NCBI GenBank assembly: GCA_012295275.1
Contig: CM022666.1
Location: forward strand, 9,176,001-9,240,000
Length of the DNA stretch: 64,000 bases
Source: Chrysomallon squamiferum
Lineage: Eukaryota; Animalia; Mollusca
Reading direction: 5' to 3'
The notes beneath the pieces were generated by a model that worked only from the letters and a program-made list of their open reading frames with translations, did not search any database and had not been told where the DNA came from. Position numbers and translations under genes: made by a program. Below, piece by piece: positions 51,085 through 64,000 of the stretch (its first letter is position 1; each line of letters begins with the position of its first letter).

Positions 51085-52615
51085 AAAAAAAAAAAAATCT
51101 ATAAAATGCTTATTGCCTTCTACTTCATATTATATCATCAACTCAGTTCTTGTCAGTACTGTTATTTTCACAATAATAACAATAATAAAATTATTATTTT
51201 CAACTATTACTTTATATAGGTATTAAGTAAAATAGAAACATGGAAAAAACAGACACAGCAGAATAGCCAGTTTTGGATGATGCATATAAAAATAAAATTA
51301 TTATATGACTACAGTACAGATAAATTAAATATTTACACATCAATTTTTGTATTATCACTATCATCATCATTATTTTTTTTATTAGGGTTGTTTTTTATCA
51401 TCATTATATATTACACTCCAGTAAAGCAGGGAAAAATATAAAAGTGAATTTTGTTTTTCAAAGTTTAAATTTTTGTCTCATTATTGGTAAATGATACATC
51501 ACAATGAGTTAAGCATGAGGCAGATGGATGTGATACAACTCTTGACAGAACTTTTATTTAAACATTTTATAAGCATGATAAATAGTTAATTATGTTTTCT
51601 CTTTGAACATATAAAGTATCACAATAACACATTTAGTACACTCTATACAAACTGTCACACTATTCAAATAAATGCATTCTCTGCTGACTTTCTATGCTAA
51701 ATTCAACTCTTTCAACATGGGGAAAAAAATTATATATATATATATATAAAATTACATTTATTAAAAACAAAAAAATTACATAAATAAGCATGCATGTTTT
51801 CTTAAGATTATCTTTGTGGGTTTATTTATGTCTGAAGATGACAGTAACATCACATGACTGCTGTGGTACTCACTTGATATCTATTTTCTAGTTATTTTTT
51901 ATGCATTTACATTTATCCTGAACATACATACTGTTCTAAAAATAACTGCTCCATAAAGGTTACAGCAAACACTAATGAATTTTCTGCTGATTTAATCAGA
52001 TATAAATAAACCCACAGAAAGAGAGACAGACAGACAGTGATGAGAGAGATAGGACTGAGAACACTTGTTGACAGAGACAAAGATAATGAACACAAAGCAG
52101 AAACGTATTAGTGTGTGTGTGCAAGTCTCTGTGTTAGTTTTATAAACACATATCTAACACAACAATAAAATAGTCCAAAACAGCAGAACTTTGTGATGTC
52201 TTTTTTTCCTTATTTTAAAATATTTTTTAAATAAACAGGATGGAAAATAAAAATGAAAATAATAAGTTGTTCCTCTGATCCAGTGGCAGATGTAAAAATC
52301 CAGCCTATTAAAACACACACCACAAGAAACCAATCACCATCCTTGTTTTATAAATAATATTACTCAAAGCTAAACACAGTTGGCACATAAATCCTTCCTC
52401 CCAAGTTGACCAGTATGAAATGATGTTACATAACTGTTTCCTCACATCTGCCTTCATATTAAAACACTGAAATCATATTCACAGATGTTTTTGTTGTTGT
52501 TTTTTTTTTTTTTTTTAACAAATTAGAAAGAAAAAAAATCCTCTCATTTCCTTTTATACCCTAGTACAATCAATCTAGTGATCATGTGTTTAGGAATGTC
52601 ACACAGAGTTATCTG

Positions 52616-55600
52616 CTAAGACAGATGGAATGAGAGTTGTCCCTCTTTAGCAGCCATTCTCAGTTTATCTCTCATCACCTGTATAGAGGAGTAGTCAGGC
52701 AGTTTCAGGTAGTTGACACATGTCATCACTGACGGCAGGAAGTCATCAGGATTATCACTGGCATCAAATGTTTTCCTTACAATTGTCAGAGGAGGATTCA
52801 AACTTCGGAAACCTGAAATCACAAAACCAAAACCATTGCTAACAATTAGGCCTACAGATAACCAGATTTTCTTAAATGACTTTTATCTGATCGTATTAAA
52901 AAAAAAAAAAAAAAAAAAAAGAAAGAACAAATCACTAAAACAGCAAAAATTACAGATATTGTAAATCTTAATTATTATTTTTTTAGAACTAAAATGTCAT
53001 GACTGGCTGTATCTAAGCTAAAACATAATTTATTTTAATGTAATATACATGTCAGTAACATATATTAGGAGAATTATATATACACAAACTAGGAGTTACT
53101 CATCTCCTGTTGGCAGTCTGATAATGGCATATGATCTGTTACCCATGCAGCTAGGAGAGTATGTAAATATATATATATTAGGAGAGCTGTTTATGAGAAT
53201 TTACCAATACATACTAGGAAAGTTGTTTTAATGAGAATTTTGTACACACACTAGGCGAGCCATATATGACAATTTACTAGAAGAACTGTTTATGACAATT
53301 TATCTACAAATACAAGAAGAGCTGTTTATAAGAATTTACCTAAACCAAGTAGGAGAGCTAGGTGTTATGAGTTACCCACAAATACTGGGATAGTTAGGTA
53401 TAACAAAAACTACCTACATACACAATAGGAGAGCCTGGCATTAAGAAAATTTTCTATACATACTAAGAAAGCCATGTTTTAGGAAATGTACCTGCATATA
53501 CTAGGACAACCATATTTTATGAAATATACCAACATATACTAGCAGAGCCATATTTTATGAAAATAGCAACATATGCTAGGAGAGCCTTATTTTATGAAAT
53601 GTACCTACATATCCTAAGAGAGCCATATTTAATGAAATGTACCTACATATACTAGCAAAGCCATATTTAATTAAATTTACCTACATATACTAGCAAAGCC
53701 ATATTTAATGAAATGTACCTACATATACTAGCATGGCCATATTTTATGAAATATACCAACATATACTAACAGAGCCATATTTTATGAAATGAAGCTAACC
53801 ATACTAGGAGAGCTATATTTAGTGAAATGTACTAACATATAATAGGAGAACCATATTTTATATAATGTACCTACATATACTAGGAGAGCCATATTTTATG
53901 AAATGTACATACCCATTCTAGGAGAGCCATATTTTATGAAATTAACAAACATATACTAGAAGAACCGTATTTTATGAGTTACCTACACATTTTAGGACAA
54001 CCATGTATTAACAATTATGTACACATATCAGGAGAGATACTCACCTCCTACTGGCAGTCTGGGTGAGCCAGTGACAAACTGAAGAAAGTCTCTTTGCTCC
54101 GAGGAGTTGAATGAACTGAGAATCTCAAACAGAAACTTGACAGCACGACTGTCGTGGTTGTAGCCATGATCAGGTCGACAACATTCCAACATCGTTTTCA
54201 TATCCCAGCATGCATTCTGAGTGCCGCAGAACAGCTGTTCCAACTAGCAACAGAAAAAAAAAAAATTCAAATTCAAATTCAAATCACAAAAGGTTAAATA
54301 CAGAAAGAATTCCAAATGCCATAAATAACTTCTTTTTTGCCTTTTTTTACCAACACAATTACTCTTCAACACAAATTAAACGATATAAATGATTTTAGAG
54401 ACACATTAAAAACTAATTATTATTTTGTTGAATTACCTCCTCTGCACAGAAACACTGAAGAGTGGAGAGAGGAAACACCGATTCAAATCCTTCACGAAAA
54501 GCTTCAAACTGGCGAGACACACCCTCAACTATTGTCCAGTGCATCACCAACTACAGACAGAAAACATGACTAACATTTAACATTTCAACATGAAAAACTG
54601 TTTTCTCTTATAATTCATATTAATATGCTTTTAACTGAGACCATAAACTTTACAGCCTATTCATTCCTAAAAATAATATATTAATATTACTAGATATTTT
54701 CTGAAGATATTTATTATCAAACATTACCTGTAGATATTTGTCTATGTTATCTAACATTACCTGTAGATGTTTGTCTGTTATCTAACAATACCTTTAGATA
54801 TATGTCTGTTACTAACAATACCTTTAGATATTTGTCTGTGTTATGTACATTACCTGTAGGTCTGTTATCTAACATTAATTGTAGATATTTGTCAGTGTTA
54901 TGTACACTACCTGCAGATATTAGTCGATGTCATCTAACATTACCTGTAAGTATTCATCAATGTTATCCAGTGTACAGCGGATATCTTTTCCTCCCTTCTT
55001 CAACTCAACATTTGGATAGCCAGGCAGGACAAAGTAGAGATCCAAGTCTTCGATACTGCAACCATCGATAGACAAACTGTTCAGAGCCAGCTTTCTACTT
55101 TCCTCAGTCTGAAAGTTAAAATATCTTCTAAATCAGGTTAAATCACAGATATACAGAATACAGAAACAACATTATCTAAGACCAGATGTATGGAATACAG
55201 AGGTAATAATCCAGTGTTAAATGTTCATACTGCATATAAGACACACTAAGGCTAGGTTATACCTTGATTTGAGACAAGCTGTAGTATAGCATACAGAGGA
55301 AACATAAAACAATTATAAATTGTGCTTAAAATATTATTGACATTTTATCTCTACAAAAGCAAAATATACATTTGTGTAAAACTGCACAACAGGCACTGAA
55401 ACCATTTTTAAATTATAAAATGAATTACTGTCAGGTTTGCAAAACAGCTACTTTTACCAAGTATAAGAAAACTTTGAAAATAATGCATAAACATAAATAT
55501 GAATTTTCTTAAACATACAAAGAAAAAAAATGTATAAAACATTTTTTATTTTTTAAAACTGATGAGTAACAGCTAAACAAGCTACTTTTACAAGCTACTT

Positions 55601-58600
55601 TTACTAAGTATGAACACAGTAACTTACATGGGACTTGTCAGACAAGATGTGCTTTTTCTGGTGGACAATGTCCTCCAGCTGTCTGAATGACTTCGCCAAC
55701 ACCGGGTCAATGTGCTGCAGATCTGCTGATGTTAAACTGTGCTCTTGAGCTAACAACCATTTGTAAAACACATGACTCAGGGGCAGATCAACCTGTAATT
55801 TTACATTTATAAATAAAACTAAAAACAAAATGAAATATTCACTTATTTGAATATAACAATAAAACAAATATGCCAATTTAGTTGTTTAAATATACAAATA
55901 AAAAATATGGTTTAATTATTTAAACGGAAAATTAACCATTATTTTTTAAAAATAATAATCAATATTTTTGGGCATAAAAGAATGCAGTTTTGTCTAAAAT
56001 TAGTCTGTATTATTTGGCAAATATAAAATAAATTCAAATAATTTACAGTCAACAGCATACAGACTTTATAGTACAGGTACACTTGACTAATTTAATAATT
56101 AAATTAATAAACATTCTATAGTCCCAAATTATTATTTAAAAAAAAAAAAAACCCAACAGAAGTGATTAAAAACAAATTTTTAAAAAAATCATAGAAAATC
56201 ATACTGACGATAATAAATTATTTAATTAATGCTGTTTATAAAAGGTAGAATAATACACCATAGATTTGCAAAATATAAATATTGTATATATTAAAAATAA
56301 ATAAATTTATAAATAAATAAATAAAATATTATAAAATAAATTTACCATTCTGGAATCCATGAGAGCTTTGGCAAGAAATTTTCCAAGAAATTTGAACTTT
56401 GACTTGACTCTGTTGAGAACAGCAGCCTTGGTGTTGCGTGCCAGTGGAGCAGGGAACAGGCCACACGAAGAATACATGTACTTTATCTTCAATTCAGGGT
56501 CTGTTCAATAACAAACACTCGTGTTTACTGTTGTATTTGTAAATACAAGTCAATATACCTATTCTCCGTTATTAAAAAAAACTATCATTATGAGTTTACC
56601 ATGGTTTTCAGTACCTCAATTTTATTACAAGATGAAAATTGTTGTTTGCTCTGAGTTAAATAAATTGAGTATATATGTAGATATATTCTATATAGACACT
56701 TATTATATTTATCTATTTAACTCATTTTTACTGACAACAGTAGAAGAAATGAACAACAAAGGAATCTGCCCTGTATATGATGATATCATAATTACAGAAA
56801 CATTACAGCTCCCAGATAGCTTGTAGTTTTAAAAATTTGGGGTTCTTCTTCATTATTAATAAAAATTGGATGGAAAAAAAAAAAATATTAATAATACACA
56901 CACCGACATATCCACACACTATTTCTTGGTATAACTTTTGGTAAACTCATAAGTTATACTTTGATAATAAGGATTTCTTACCAGAAGGACTTGGTGCTTC
57001 TATGATATCACCTCTCCAGAGGTCAAGGTCAGCCCTCTGCATCTCAGAGGAAACAAGAGCATAGAATTCTAGAGTTGGACCTAATCCTGTACCCACCTGC
57101 AATAACATTTAAATTAAATACAAATATTATTTTCTCAACTAAGTATTGTGTCTGACTTAACCTGCAGTAAAATAATTTTTTTTTTTTTTTTAAAATCATT
57201 TATTTATTAAAAATAAATTTAAGTAATTCTTTAATATTTAAAATCACATTTTATGTTAACAGTTATTAGATATCAGTTTTATTTGTTCTTTACTTCATTA
57301 TAAATCTTGGTATTTGGAGAAGTAACCAGGTACTGAAATGTCAAGCTGCTCTATTTTTTCACTCAGCAGCATGGAATGTTTTATGTGTACATTCTCATAA
57401 ACAGCAAACATGTATTTAACATTACAGCTTTTTAATAAAAGTAAGTTCTAGTAAATGAACAATTACTAAACAAAGGAGAATATAAACTCAAAGATAAATA
57501 AATGGACTGCAGAAAATAACAAATCAAAACAATTGTATTTTTAATCTTAATTAGTTACATACCTCATTTTCATAATGAATTTCTAGCAAAGCCTTTGAGT
57601 TGCCCAATTCTTCCATCAGTTTCTCTGACTGTTTTAACAGATCCACTCGACTTACTTGTTTCTGTAATTGAAAAAAGTCAATGAACTTCAACACTGTTTT
57701 CCCATCAAGTAATACAAATAAATAATAACAAGAATTCTGATTTGATATCTATACAAATAAGTAATTCTAAAACAGGAACTCAAATAACATTCTGAGAAAG
57801 ATGGTATGTTTCTGAAACAATAAAAATACTTTAAATGATTTAAAACTGAAGCACCAAGGTTGTCACAAGATACTGAAAGCACTTAACTTGCAAAACAGCT
57901 AACCCATATGTTTATATTATGTTGTATCAGTAATTAACTGATAACAGTTAGACCACATATGTATATTATATGATACAACAGTAATTATCAACAATATATT
58001 TCTAAAGAGTATGAATGACAACATTTACATAAAGTTTGGGAGTACTTTACAGTTACTCTTTTTAGTATAAATACATATATTTGAAGTTTTTGAGTGTGTG
58101 TGAGTGACTGACAACATGAGCTATACATCTCTGCTGCTAATTTTCTCACAGTTAATTTTGCACATTTCTTCTTCTTCAGCACATAACTGTGAAGATTTGA
58201 GAAGATGTGCTGTATCAGCAGTTCTTTTTTTCATATTTTTCATTGACAAATTATGTATTTTTTGTCTTACTTAACACTGTTTATGTAGACTATATTATAT
58301 CTGCACTGGCATGTTTGTGTCTATATACAAAAAATTTAAATAAATTACTTACACGTCTGCGATCAAGGCGTGGAGCAACCCTGTCACTTTCATTCTGGAC
58401 GCTGTCAGCAGATACATCCTGCTGCAGTCGCATCATCGCTCGGTCACGGTCAAATGATGTGGCAAAGAACAGAAGATGTCTCGTATCAAAAGGAAACAAA
58501 AATGGACTGAAAATGAGGAAAATAAATAAGTAAAAACTTAATTTTAAATAGTGAAAAAAAATGTTACACTGATCAAATTAAAAAAAAAAAAAAAAAAAAA

Positions 58601-61600
58601 AATTCAAAATCAAACTATTAAATAATTAAAGGTTAAAAACAATTTCTTTAATATGTAAATTTATGTTTAATAATAGCTTGTATAATAATAATAATAAAAA
58701 TTAAAAAATACATGTCTATAAATGACTTCCCTCACTGTACATTCTGTTTTAACAACAAGTAAGACAGATATTGAAACTTACGCTGCAATTCCAATCTCTG
58801 CCAGCCAGTTTGGCAAGTTTCCTGTCATTATTATCAGTGGATCCTGAAGCTGTCTGTTGGCTTTGGCTGACAGTTTGTTGCTATGGAAATCAGAGAGAGG
58901 CAGAACTGGACATGGGTAGAAAGACACCTGCAATACGAAATATAAAACAATACCATAAATTAAACACAGTAGTGTTTTCACTTACTTAATATAAATTATG
59001 GGTAAAATAAACATACTGTGATCTGCAGTGACTCATTCAAACACATTCATCTACTGACAGTCACAGATGCACAAACTCATAGTACCCTACTGTTTATTCA
59101 GAGTGCATAAAATTGTCATGTGCTGATGTACACATACTGACAAACAGACATACTTACATCATACAAAGTTGCCCAGTGTCTGTTGAGAGCATACAATACA
59201 CGTAACAAACAAACAACATCCAGCGATGGATCCTGTACTGTGACAAATGCTGGAAGCTTATCAGTTAAATAGGATGCGAGAATGGGCACTATCACAGAAC
59301 ACTGGTTATCTGTTCAAATAAATTACATTTACAAAATTAATTAATAATTCAACATATATTTACCCATTTTTAAAATACATTTTAATATATATTTTACCAA
59401 ATTCAGAAACATTAATAAAAATTATAATATATATTAACAACATATATATTAAAAACAAACAAAGATAACAAGTAAATAAATAAAAAATAGAAATAAAATA
59501 CTCAAGTCAAGTAATAATTATCTACAAGTTCAATAAATTTACTGAAGTTCATTTACTTTTATTATTATTATTCTATTTATATGGTTTCTTCATTTCTAGA
59601 TTCAAAACTGGTTCGGTACATTTACCTTTATGCATATCATCAGTTTTTCTTCTAGAAGATTTGCTTCCCTTTGTTTCTGCCTTTGTCTTCTTAGGACTGG
59701 TTGCAGAAATATCCTCCATATCTGGTGCTGTTCTGTACCTAGGAAATAAATAAATGAATAAATAATTAAGTAAACAAACAAACATCCAAATAAATGGAAA
59801 AAAAAAAAAAAAAAAAACAAACAAACAAAAATATGAAACAATATCCACTGACCATATTGTGTGAGTCTGAACCCAGATGTTAGTGTGACCGAGTGGATTC
59901 TCTGTGTCTGTATCGGTGTCTGTCTCGCTGTTGTCACTGGCGTGGCTGAACTGTTTGATGGCTTGGTACACTGTCATGTTGTAAGGCAGGATGTGGTCTC
60001 CCATCAGAAACTCTAGTCTGTGTCTCGCTGTGCCCTGACTGATAAACACTGCTGCCTGCAAGTGAAACAAAATATAATACAAATAGAAAACACTTGTTAG
60101 GTTAGTATGTTACAATTTAACATATAAAATGTTAAAAACTTTAGTCACCCATTACATATATTTTTATTTATCCTTGTTATAGGAATAAATGATTATTATA
60201 TTATGAATGTTTTAAACATCAATTGAAGCACTCATCTTTTATTACATATTTAGATCAAACTAATATAATTTGTATTACTAATGTCAACTCTGAGTCATAT
60301 ATTTAAATCAGAGGCATTACAAGTCTTTCTAAATAGTTGCTGTTCTCTGTAAGTACATTTTCAATAAGACACCACACATATCTTTATTCTGCTTTCTCAA
60401 TGCTAATTAATCAGAAATACAGATAACTTATTTTAAATATATTTTATTTAATATATATCTTTATTAATATCAGCATAAAATACATTTATTCTGATACATA
60501 CAGTAAATATTTGTGTAAATAAAAATATATATGTCAGTAAATTACCATCGTGTCTTCAACATCTTCATCAGAATTTTCATCTTCACTTACTTCCTCATCA
60601 CTGTCCTGAAATCATCAACATGTTTATTTACTTACATTGTCAGAATACTGTAACTCATCCAGTTAGAAAGAAGAAAAAAAGCAAAACAAACAATAGTAAC
60701 AATAACAATAATAAAATAATATAAAATAAAAAAAATAAAATAAATAGAAATAAACAAATAAGTAACTGCACCAGAAACAAAAGCCAGAAAAGAAATGACG
60801 TATATATTTTTTATAGATATTTAAAAAACTATCTAGTACATAAAATTTTATATATGTTTTTTTTCTTAATTAAAATTACATTTTTTAAAATAATTTTTCT
60901 TAATGATTATTTGAACCAGCAAAGTACTATAGAATGTTTTAGAGAACAATCCTAAAATAACAGGTAAGTAAATGTCATTAAAACAGATCTATGACTGTAC
61001 ACAGTATTCAGCATTAAACATCTGATTTTGAAGTAAGTCACTTATCTAAACAAAAAACTCCCTAAATACAAGAAATAAACATAAATAAATGAGTAAAAAA
61101 GATATAAAATATTTTACCTTTGGTCTTCCGTAGCCTCTCATTACAAGATAACGCTCAATGGCTTGAACTAAAGCAAGTGGGTCAATTTTCACAGGACCTC
61201 CTTTCCATGACCGCAGCGTTGTACAAGATGGATGACGCTGTAATTGGCACTGTCAACAACAACAACAACAACAACAATCTATTAATTACTGAATACAGGA
61301 TAAAAGTGAAATGAATAAACAAAAAAGTAGATAATAAATTATAAATCAAACAGATAAATCTTTTCAGCGGTTTTCAATTATTAATAATAATATATAATAA
61401 TAAAAACAATAGTAATAATATATATATATATATATATAAAAATAAATGTAATTGGCACTGTCAACAACAACAACAACAACAACAATCTATTAATTACTGA
61501 ATACAGGATAAAAGTGAAATGAATAAACAAAAAAGTAGATAATAAATTATAAATCAAACAGATAAATCTTTTCAGCGGTTTTCAATTATTAATAATAATA

Positions 61601-64000
61601 TATAATAAAAAAAATAATAATAATATATATATATATAAAAATAATAATAATAATATTAATAATGTAACAACAACAACAAAGTTAAAGAAGAAACAACTTT
61701 ACCTTTAATTGATGAGTACTAAAAAACTTCAAAGCATTTGAACCACGTCCACTACTACTGTGTCCTCCGGGTAGGTCATGTACTTTTACTTGAAACTGAA
61801 AATTTTTTTTACATTTTTATTTGTAATCAATATTTTATTTACTCACTCATCAACAGAGAAAAACTCACACACAGAAATGTCACTTAAAACAGTTCTCAGT
61901 TATTGCAGTTTGTCAGTAAGAAACAATTTTCAGTAAAAATGTACATAAAGCCTAGCCTATGAGGTAAAGGAGCAAAATGATGCAAAAATCTTTTTCATTT
62001 CTTTTTACATAAAAATATTCTGAAAGGCAACAACAATAAGAAAATTCTCAAAGAGACTACATCCTATCATTCTACTAACTAGTGCAGAAAAGTAAACATC
62101 ATTTTACTAACTGGTGTTGATATGTAAACAGCAGTTTACTAATTAGTGTAAAAATTTAAACAGTTGTTTACCATCCTATTATTTTACTAAATAGTGTAGA
62201 AATGTAAGCATCCAATCATTTTACTATCTAGTGGAAATACATAAACAGTATTTGATGTGTTCTGATGTAAACAGAACATTTTATACACTAGTGGAGAAAT
62301 AAAAGTTGTTTACTAACTAGTGAAGAAATGTAAACATTTTACATTTTACTAACTAGTGAAGAAATGTAAACAGTTGTTTACCTGTTCTAACTGATGTAAA
62401 CATCCCAACATTTTACAAACTAGTGGAGATAAGGATGCCGCTCCGTCTTTTTCTTTGTCTTTCATGTACACAATGTGTGGTTCCTGGAATAAAATGTTTA
62501 ACATATTATTTCATCATAACCTACTCTTTCTACAAAAATCTGTTAACATAATTTATAAAAGCTGTCTGAAAAGATTAAGTGTAGGCCATTTTCAGTCATT
62601 AGTAAAAACAATATATTATGATTTTTTCTTAATTTTGAGTAATCTCACTAATTATGTTATTATTTTCTGTTTTGTTTAGGTTTTATCTAGCTACATAAAC
62701 TGTCAGGCTTGTAAAGACCACTATCTATGAAATGATTTGTTAAATCTTAATGTCACAGTCTAAATATGGTATTAAAGTTTAAGTTTTTTATTTGTATATT
62801 CAAAAGCTGAAGTCTTGGCAAATCTAGTAAAGGAATAAATCAATAATGTTAAAATCTTATCAGGTTTATTTTCTAATTTCTAGCTGCATTTACTCACAGG
62901 ACAGTTGAGGAAGACGTGAAGAAATCGACGAATGCGGACATCGCGGTGGACTGCACCTGACGTTGACGTCAAATAGAGAAGCAGTTTTTTCACAACGCCA
63001 CTGTGAATGATTTCAAACGGAGACACATCGCTTTCATGCATAATACTAGAAATTTCCTTCAACACTTCAATACCATGATCCTCCTGGAAAAAAAAAAAAT
63101 AATAATAACAATGATAATAGTAATAAAATTTGTTTTCTCACAATTACAAATACTTTGTTTTCACACAATCATTAGGTACAAAAAGGTAAATTAAAATAAT
63201 AAAGTTTTTTAAAAGAATTGTTCAATTACTAATTACAAAATTATATATATTCTTACAGTGATTCTATGATGCTGCTAATTAATTTTCATTCAGTATATAA
63301 TTAAAGGCTATATAATATTATTCATGGTTGCCTTGTTTGCTTAAAACAACAAACAGACTCCAGCATTTTAATAAATATTTATCTCAAATATAATTTACTA
63401 TAACAATAAATTGAAAAAAACCCATCCCACAATCCCCCCAAAATAAAACAACAACAAAAGAACGAAAAAAGCACCAGCCCCAAAAAAAACCACAAAACAA
63501 GTAAGAAAACAAAAATCCATCAAATAATCTGTTTAACACAAAACTTTTCCAAATGAACACTGTATAAGGTCAGTTTTTATTTGAAAATACTGCTAGGATT
63601 CACTGAAAAATGAATACTTTAATTGCTGGTTCTCTGTATCGTACAAAAACACACCTCTAGAGAAAGTTTATCTGCAGCTGTACAAAGTCGCTTGAGAACC
63701 CCGAGAGAGGGGTGACTTCCACCAGCAGCTTCATTAGAAAAATACCTCTCTAGAAATGTAGATGCTGCAACAAACAAATATTTACATCATTTATATGATT
63801 GATCAATAATCAGAATATATCAGTGTGAAAAATGTATAAATTCTGGTCCAGTGGGATGAAAAAGTGAAGGATAATTAAAAGGAAGGACAAATGGTTGAAC
63901 AAACACATACAGAATAGATGATAAAAACCTTTTGACTATTTACCTTGATCTTTGATCCATTTTTTGATTTTCTCTTTGTTTGCTGAGCTTGAATTTACTG
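52616..64000 (-). CDS. TRIP12: E3 ubiquitin-protein ligase TRIP12 (HECT), 3' part; gene continues beyond the right edge
   Basis: Phase-consistent exons >64000-63944, 63764-63655, 63083-62898 ([12 protein letters not shown]), 62483-62382, 61795-61703, 61249-61118 ([19 protein letters not shown]), 60605-60546, 60055-59853, 59738-59626, 59309-59158, 58927-58782 ([10 protein letters not shown]), 58506-58353 (RVAPRLDRR), 57661-57563, 57096-56982 ([12 protein letters not shown]), 56500-56346, 55792-55628, 55108-54944, 54550-54437, 54243-54045 ([15 protein letters not shown]), 52812-52616 ([17 protein letters not shown]...SFHLS*, catalytic Cys). Confidence 0.96.
53050..54062. repeat. ~39-40-bp minisatellite (more than 20 copies) filling most of the last TRIP12 intron
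   Basis: Unit tactaggagagccatattttatgaaatgtacctacata, abutting the donor at 54044; a decayed copy of the exon end lies at about 53091-53120. Confidence 0.9.
54715..54970. repeat. ~33-bp tandem repeat of the donor of TRIP12 exon 55108-54944
   Basis: About 7 copies of acattacctgtagatatttgtctatgttatcta versus the real junction acattac|ctgtaagtattcatcaatgttatcc. Confidence 0.9.
61239..61650. repeat. Near-identical 208-bp tandem duplication starting inside TRIP12 exon 61249-61118 and spanning its acceptor
   Basis: tgtaattggcactgtcaacaacaac...cagataaatcttttcagcggttttcaattatt at 61239 and 61447, differing mainly in microsatellite lengths. Confidence 0.92.
62058..62430. repeat. ~30-50-bp degenerate array built from the 3' end and donor of TRIP12 exon 62483-62382
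   Basis: ttttactaactagtg.agaaatgtaaaca(gttgtttacc) repeats match exon sequence atgtaaacatcccaacattttacaaactagtggaga and the donor cagttgtttac|ctg. Confidence 0.8.

Noticed and set aside
49400-52615. Additional gene between the GPCR and TRIP12
   Set aside because: Only short low-complexity ORFs; consistent with convergent 3' UTR and intergenic sequence.

Overview
AT-rich, intron-dense animal DNA, probably a mollusc/gastropod (inferred from gene structures and repeat style). Four protein-coding genes can be assembled by hand with GT-AG introns: ATG16L1 (- strand, start 13747, 15 exons, runs off the left edge); a SHIP2/INPPL1-type inositol 5-phosphatase (+, 20227-37561, 25 coding exons, about 1140 aa); a 3-exon mGluR-like class C GPCR (+, 41803-48922) with a +1 frameshift near 44481 and altered glutamate-selectivity residues; and the 3' half of the HECT ligase TRIP12 (-, stop at 52616, runs off the right edge). 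Mobile elements: a solo-LTR-like insert with a 5-bp TSD (3968-4981), two opposite-orientation copies of a Sola2-like long-TIR transposon (9797-12088 with transposase remnants; 30577-31597 as a palindromic MITE), an hAT MITE with an 8-bp TSD and a Tigger/pogo-like MITE. The most striking unexplained pattern is about ten 'splice-junction echo' arrays. These are tandem repeats whose unit copies an exon edge plus its splice site and which decay into the intron, leaving rows of decoy donors or acceptors. They are seen in the three CpG-poor genes. There is also a candidate TGCATG-flanked poison exon in INPPL1. All coordinates were read by eye and repeat boundaries are approximate.
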